From Minisyncoccota bacterium (GTDB lineage Bacteria; Patescibacteriota; Minisyncoccia; UBA6257; GWB1-50-10), in contig DATLZO010000003.1 of NCBI GenBank assembly GCA_035573955.1, forward strand, positions 255 to 64,254: a DNA stretch of 64,000 bases, written 5' to 3'. The translations under genes and the position numbers were made by a program. Positions 58,816 through 64,000 of the stretch are shown one piece after another (position 1 is the first letter of the stretch; each line of letters begins with the position of its first letter). The notes under the pieces are model-generated. The model was not told where the DNA came from. It ran no database searches and saw only the letters and a list, made by a program, of their open reading frames with translations.

Positions 58816-59118
58816 TTATTCTATAATTGCGAGTATATCATCCTCATCACCGACCAAATATTTCTTGCCATCCAACTCGAACTCGTCCGGGCCGTATTTC
58901 TTGAAAAGCACAACATCGCCGACTTTGATAGATATAGGTATTCGCTCGCCCTTATCATTCAATTTGCCGGGGCCAACGGCTAAAACCCTACCTTTCACAG
59001 GTTTTTCCTTCTCGGCCGTGTCCGGAATAACGATACCGGAGGCCGAAACTTTCTCCTCCTCGATTGCTTCTATGAAAATTTTGTCTGAAAGAGGTTTTAA
59101 GTTCATAATGGTATTCAA
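58816..59118 (-). CDS. groS: Co-chaperonin GroES
   Basis: KPLSD, SGIVIPDTAEKEKP, AVGPG. Confidence 0.97.
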   Translation of the reverse strand: MNTIMNLKPLSDKIFIEAIEEEKVSASGIVIPDTAEKEKPVKGRVLAVGPGKLNDKGERIPISIKVGDVVLFKKYGPDEFELDGKKYLVGDEDDILAIIE

Positions 59119-59153
59119 AATTTTATTCAGAAAATCATCCGTGTCAACCCCCT

Positions 59154-59700
59154 AAAAAGACTGCGCCCCCGATCTCGTAAGATCGGGGGCATATGTGCTG
59201 ATCGGATAGGCGCCTTTTGGCGCTCATCCGGCGTCTTCTGTGAGGCCGACGGCGGAATTTTGCCCGTCGTCTTCCGGGGGAGCCAGCCATCGGGACCAGC
59301 TTGTGCCCTTTCCAGAAACCGCACCGCGATCGCGGAGGGTGGTCTCACATAATGTGGTCAGGTGTGTATACACGGTTTTGCGTCTTTTCTCCTGTTGGAG
59401 AAGGAACCATGGCGCGCGGGATGTTCCAGGGTAATTCCCGCATTCGTTTGGGCATCTGATTACTCAGCGCCCGCCCTCCTGCGCCCGACGCGCAAGGATA
59501 GCGCCGAAGGAGATACGCGCAAGATCGCATACACACACCTGATCGTCTGTGCCGTTCAATGGCGAGCCGGAGACCAGCTCTTAGAGTACAAGGATCTTCT
59601 ACAAAACCCGTACCCGAAGAGCACTCCGGCGGCGCTTACGCGACTTAGTAAGACATCGCCGCCTTGGTCTCCGGCTCGCCTGAAGGCAAATTCTGAGCTA
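59154..59700 (-). ncRNA. Unassigned large structured ncRNA (~530-550 nt)
   Basis: Promoter TTGACA-18-TACGCT (59736-59707); helices 59561-59576/59665-59680 and 59358-59374/59526-59542; terminator 59165-59190. Confidence 0.6.
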
Positions 59701-59768
59701 ACGTCCAGCGTACTCCTTGAATTGGGAGTTTGTCAATAGCATCCGGGTGGGGATAAAATTAGCTTATT

Positions 59769-61466
59769 ATGAACCCTTCCTGGCTAGAAAAATACGCGCC
59801 AAACTCCCTTCCCCGCCGGGCCTACACCTTAGCAAAAGAAGCCCACGCCGCCGCAAAAAGGGAGAGCGGCGACCCCTACATTACCCATTCGCTCGCAGTC
59901 GCGGAAACCGTTCATAAGTGGGGTCTGGACGAAGCTTCCGTAGCAGCGGCTCTTCTACATGATGTCGTTGAAGACACGAAGTTTGACATCAATGAGATAG
60001 ATAAGGGTTTCGGTAAAGAGGTTTCGTTCCTTGTCGACGGTCTCACTAAATTGAAGAAAATCCAGTATCCGGGAGGCGACCCAAACGTGGAAACACTGCG
60101 CAAATTCATCGTCTCCTTCAGTCGCGATCTCCGGGTAGTGATTATTAAACTCGCCGACCGTCTGCACAACATGCAAACGCTGAGTTTCCTTCCCGAAGAA
60201 AGGCGGCGAAAAATTGCCTGGGAGACCGCGGAGATTTATGCACCGCTTGCCTACCGGCTCGGCATGCAACGACTCTCCGGAGAACTTGAGGACCTCGCTT
60301 TCCCTCACCTCCGGCCCGAGGAGTACAGCTGGCTCCTCGAGAACGTGAAAGATCGCTATGAAGAGCGCGAGGAATACGCGCAGCGAATAAAGCCCGTCGT
60401 CAAAAAAAATCTTGAGAGGAATGGCGTCAAGGTCCTGGGAATCGATTCCCGCGCCAAGCGCTATTCGAGCCTCTACAAAAAACTTCAGCGCTACGATATG
60501 GACCTCGAAAAAATCTACGATCTGGTCGCCCTGCGGATTATAGTGAAGACAATTGAGGACTGCTATGCGGCGCTTGGCGTCATTCACAAACTCTGGCCGC
60601 CGCTGCCGGGTCGCATCAAAGATTACATCGCCCGCCCCAAACCGAACGGCTACCAAAGTCTGCACACGACAGTTTTCGCCACTGACAACAAGATAACAGA
60701 GTTCCAGATCCGCACCGAGGAGATGCACGAGGTGGACGAACTCGGCATCGCCGCTCACTGGGCCTATCAGCAAATAAAAAGTTCCAAGCGTCACACTGCC
60801 GATTGGCGAGGCGTTGAAACCCGTAAAGAATTAATCTGGGTGGAACAACTCCGCAATTGGCAGAAGAACTTCTCCGACAAGGAATTGTTAGAATCAATAA
60901 CCGTAGATTTCTTCAAGGACCGAATCTTTGTCATTACACCGCAGAACGACGTGATCGACCTTCCTGCTGGAGCAACACCCGTCGACTTTGCCTATCGCAT
61001 CCACACCGAGGTCGGTTCGAGCTGTGTAGGCGCTAAGGTTAACGGCAAAATCGTCCCCTTGAACTATGAACTGAAATCAGGCGACATCGTTGAAATTATG
61101 ACCCAAAAGAAGAAGAAGCCGTCCGAGGACTGGCTCCGCTTTATAAAAACGTCACTTGCGAGAAGTGAGATAAGGGCGGCTCTGAAGGACAAAATGAAGG
61201 CGTTGCGGGAAAAAGCTGTTCCCGCCTCGCTCGAGTTCAGGATTGTGAATCAAGACCGGCCGGGATTCCTAAAAGACGTAACATCAGCTTTTGCCGAAGC
61301 ACAAGTGAACATTAATTTCCTTTCAAGCGAAACGGACAAGCGCGGCGCGCTCTCGGCAGTGAACATCCAAGTCAAACCGCCTACTAAATCAAAAATCGAG
61401 AAGATTCTCGTTAAGATAAAAAAGATTCCCGGCGTAAAGGAAGTGAGCTACAAGTTCAACCGCTAG
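59769..61466 (+). CDS. rel: RelA/SpoT homologue (HD, synthetase, TGS, ACT)
   Basis: LLHDVVED, KLADRLHNM, KPNGYQSLHT, EFQIRT, TPVDFAY. Confidence 0.93.
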   Translation: MNPSWLEKYAPNSLPRRAYTLAKEAHAAAKRESGDPYITHSLAVAETVHKWGLDEASVAAALLHDVVEDTKFDINEIDKGFGKEVSFLVDGLTKLKKIQYPGGDPNVETLRKFIVSFSRDLRVVIIKLADRLHNMQTLSFLPEERRRKIAWETAEIYAPLAYRLGMQRLSGELEDLAFPHLRPEEYSWLLENVKDRYEEREEYAQRIKPVVKKNLERNGVKVLGIDSRAKRYSSLYKKLQRYDMDLEKIYDLVALRIIVKTIEDCYAALGVIHKLWPPLPGRIKDYIARPKPNGYQSLHTTVFATDNKITEFQIRTEEMHEVDELGIAAHWAYQQIKSSKRHTADWRGVETRKELIWVEQLRNWQKNFSDKELLESITVDFFKDRIFVITPQNDVIDLPAGATPVDFAYRIHTEVGSSCVGAKVNGKIVPLNYELKSGDIVEIMTQKKKKPSEDWLRFIKTSLARSEIRAALKDKMKALREKAVPASLEFRIVNQDRPGFLKDVTSAFAEAQVNINFLSSETDKRGALSAVNIQVKPPTKSKIEKILVKIKKIPGVKEVSYKFNR

Positions 61467-62410
61467 GTTTCGAGATTCTCGTCGCCCAATAACTTCTCCA
61501 AAATGCTTTTCAATTCCTCCCTGGAATGAAAATGGATCGTCATTTTTCCTTTACCGTCTTTCCGGATAATGGTGACGGGGGCGCCGAAGCGCTCTTCTAG
61601 TCTTTTCTCCCAAAACGCCTTTTCTGGATCGGGCGCTTCACCGCCGGCGGCCCTGGACGCATTCCCAACAGCGCTTCTCGCGAGCGCCGAGAGAGCGTCG
61701 GATGGTGTCATCCTGCCGGAAGCGACCGCATCTTGCAAGTCGGCAGGAAGCGTGAGAAGTCTTATGGCGTTCGTCACCGTCGTCCGGCTCTTGCCAACGC
61801 GGGCGGCTATTTCCTGATGAGTCAGATTGAATTCATCTTGCAGGCGAGCATAGGCCCTGGCCGTCTCGATTGGGTTCAAGTTGCTCCGCTGGATGTTCTC
61901 AACGAGAGCAAGTTCAAGTTTGGCTTTGCCGACACTAACCCTCTTCACTATCGCCGGCACAGTCCGCAAACCGGCTTTCCTCGCGGCTATGAGCCGCCGC
62001 TCGCCGGCAATAAGTTCGTACTCTACGGCAGTGCCTGTATCTGTTTCCCTTTCCGTCTTTGTCACAACGAGCGGCTGAATAATACCGAATTCGCGGATGG
62101 AACGGGCAAGATCTTCTATATCCTCCTCATTGAACTCCCGCCGCGGCTGGTAGGGATTGGGTTTTATTTTTTCTACCTCGATTTGAAATACCGCCTCTTC
62201 TCTTGTTAAGGAACGAGGGGGTGATTGAGAAAGTGCATCGGAAACCGAGCTGTTGTTATCTCCGATTGCCGCAGACGCGTCGGAGAATCGATTTTGAGAG
62301 TCGAGCGGTGTTTTGGACACTCCGGGCGACGCAACCGCGTCTTTTGAGAGTATCCCTTCGTCCCGTCCACCTTTTTTCGGAATCAGCGATTCCAATCCTT
62401 TGCCGGTCAT
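61463..62410 (-). CDS. parB: ParB/Spo0J partition protein
   Basis: NPYQPR, GIIQP, IAGERR, ENIQR; start MTGKGLESLIP. Confidence 0.93.
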   Translation of the reverse strand: MTGKGLESLIPKKGGRDEGILSKDAVASPGVSKTPLDSQNRFSDASAAIGDNNSSVSDALSQSPPRSLTREEAVFQIEVEKIKPNPYQPRREFNEEDIEDLARSIREFGIIQPLVVTKTERETDTGTAVEYELIAGERRLIAARKAGLRTVPAIVKRVSVGKAKLELALVENIQRSNLNPIETARAYARLQDEFNLTHQEIAARVGKSRTTVTNAIRLLTLPADLQDAVASGRMTPSDALSALARSAVGNASRAAGGEAPDPEKAFWEKRLEERFGAPVTIIRKDGKGKMTIHFHSREELKSILEKLLGDENLET

Positions 62411-62749
62411 TGCTCTAATAGTATTACCAATCCCCCAAAAAGCCAAAACAGAGGAGCCACGCCCCGCCTTTTAGAAAACGCCTTTTCCTTCATTGAAGGA
62501 ATTCCGAGAGAAATAATCTTTTGAATGGTTCAAAGAACTCCTCGGAATCTGAAGTACTTCGTCGTCATCTTTTCGGCAAAACGCACTTTCCTCTGCTTTA
62601 GCAACATGCACATGCACGAGTCCGAAACCGTCCCAAACGCCTTTCCGAACGCCGACTTGGCGTCGTACGCACACCTCGCTGACGCCGGAAAAACGCCTTG
62701 AAAAGCCCGGACTAGATAAGAATGTTAGAAGAAAAGGTGGCGCTGTCAA

Positions 62750-63526
62750 TCAAGATGTTTGTGGATAAGCCTGAGCACCTATCACTTCCCTCGCCAGCGC
62801 TTCATAAGCCCGGGCGCCGGAGGACTGGGGCGCGTAAAGCATGATCGGCTTCTTGAACTGAGGTGCCTCGGCAAGCCCAACCGAACGCGGGATCTCGATC
62901 TCGTAGACGTTGTGCGGAAAGCGCCGTCGGACTTCGCGAGCGATCTCGCGGGAAAGTTTTTCCCGCCGGTCGTACATGGTAAGAAGCGCGCCGGCTACCT
63001 TTATCGGGTGGCCCAGGTTCTCGCGGACAAGATCAATAGTTTGTAAAAGCTGGTTTAACCCTTCTAGACTGTAGTACTCGCACTGAATCGGCACAATGAC
63101 CTCGTCGGAGGCCATAAGGCCGTTTATGGTGAGTAGGTTCAGGCTCGGCCCTAAATCTATCAGCACGAAATCGTAGCGGTCGCGGACGCGATTGACAAAG
63201 TTCCGCAGATAGAGTTCGCGGTCAGGAAGATTAACAAGTTCGACGAGCGCGCCGGCAAGATCTGCAGAGGCCGGCGCTATTTCGAAGTTTGAAAGGTATG
63301 TTTGCTTTATAGTCCGTTCCGGCGCTTGACCAGCAAGAAGACAGTGATAAATGGTCTCATCCGGAGCATGCATAGCTCCCACTCCCACCGTCGCGTTGAA
63401 CTGCGGATCAAAATCCACCAAAAGCGTGCGTTTCCCGGCCATCGCGAGGTAAGCCGAAAGATTCATCGCGGTGGTGGTTTTGCCCACTCCTCCTTTTTGG
63501 TTGCAGATCGCAATTACGCGCGCCAT
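62750..63526 (-). CDS. parA: ParA/Soj ATPase
   Basis: NQKGGVGKTT, DFDPQ, PIQCEYYSLEG. Confidence 0.96.
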   Translation of the reverse strand: MARVIAICNQKGGVGKTTTAMNLSAYLAMAGKRTLLVDFDPQFNATVGVGAMHAPDETIYHCLLAGQAPERTIKQTYLSNFEIAPASADLAGALVELVNLPDRELYLRNFVNRVRDRYDFVLIDLGPSLNLLTINGLMASDEVIVPIQCEYYSLEGLNQLLQTIDLVRENLGHPIKVAGALLTMYDRREKLSREIAREVRRRFPHNVYEIEIPRSVGLAEAPQFKKPIMLYAPQSSGARAYEALAREVIGAQAYPQTS

Positions 63527-63634
63527 TTTTCTTTACTCTAAACGATTTTTGTGGCAGTATCAATAAACAAACTTAGGCCCGTTCCACACCAATTGAGGGT
63601 GGGTAGTAAAGCGACGGAAGACCAAAATTAATCG

Positions 63635-64000
63635 TCAATTGGTGTTGGGCCCGGGTGGCGGAACTGGCAGACGCGCAGGACTCAAAATCCTGTGTTCGCA
63701 AGAACATGTGGGTTCGACTCCCACCCCGGGCACCAAGACAAAACTTTTCGGCTTTTTGAGAGCCAGATCGTGGGCGGCGCAAAGCGCCGCCCATTGATTT
63801 TGCCACGATAAATCCTTGCCGCTCGGCGCGGCGAGCCGCGCCTCGCGATTGGCCAAAACGAGGTTCGAGCCGAACAAAGTTCGGCAAGCAACCTTTTTGG
63901 CAAAAAGGTTGCCCTCTTGTGCGATTTTAGGCAGAGATTCTGCTTCTTTTATCCATTCTGCCATCGGTTCGAGCCAGCCAGTCCGCTTTTGTTCAAGATT
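63635..64000 (-). CDS. C-terminal part of a probable large serine recombinase, running antisense through tRNA-Leu (5' end outside window)
   Basis: Frame stays open to the window edge (..QKRTGWLEPMAEWIKEA..LFGSNL..WAAL); resembles, from memory, tails of CPR tRNA-associated recombinases; catalytic domain not visible. Confidence 0.5.
   Translation of the reverse strand, partial: NLEQKRTGWLEPMAEWIKEAESLPKIAQEGNLFAKKVACRTLFGSNLVLANREARLAAPSGKDLSWQNQWAALCAAHDLALKKPKSFVLVPGVGVEPTCSCEHRILSPARLPVPPPGPNTN
63649..63735 (+). tRNA. tRNA-Leu (CAA)
   Basis: GCCCGGG/CCCGGGC acceptor stem, CAGGA-CTCAAAA-TCCTG, long variable arm, CCA. Confidence 0.95.

Noticed and set aside
62471-62749. 92-aa ORF between parA and parB
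   Set aside because: No recognisable motif or RBS; cannot be supported as a gene, though not excluded.
54502-62768. oriC suggested by DnaA boxes (TGTGGATAA near 28520, 54503, 62760) and parAB
   Set aside because: The boxes are isolated rather than clustered, and dnaA/dnaN are not in the window.

Overview
This window is a core chromosomal segment of a Patescibacteria/CPR (Parcubacteria-like) bacterium. That assignment is inferred from the absence of rpmD (L30) in the spc operon, an RpoA lacking its C-terminal domain, shortened L3/AlaRS/AspRS, a split ComEC and gene content. Most of the window is housekeeping: the str/S10/spc and alpha operons, tuf, fusA, topA, dprA, rmuC, metG, aspS, alaS, rpoD, dnaG, groESL, rel, parAB and three tRNAs. 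The standout is the first 1.2 kb. A stand-alone Cas7/RAMP-like gene (557-1147, minus strand) is followed on the same strand by two phase-perfect arrays of (GGY-NN) pentamers (15 and 35 units). These are bracketed by hairpins and a terminator, with a further small RNA downstream. The locus looks like a non-CRISPR RNA-guided (VIPR-type) system whose variable dinucleotides may encode a gapped target. Other notable items: two large unassigned structured ncRNA candidates (~290 and ~530 nt), a tandem pair of 6S-like RNAs, a probable remote DGR target gene, a MITE that duplicated the dprA/topA junction, an unannotated 24-aa highly basic microprotein, and a probable serine-recombinase element at tRNA-Leu. 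All family calls come from motif recognition by eye; no searches were run.
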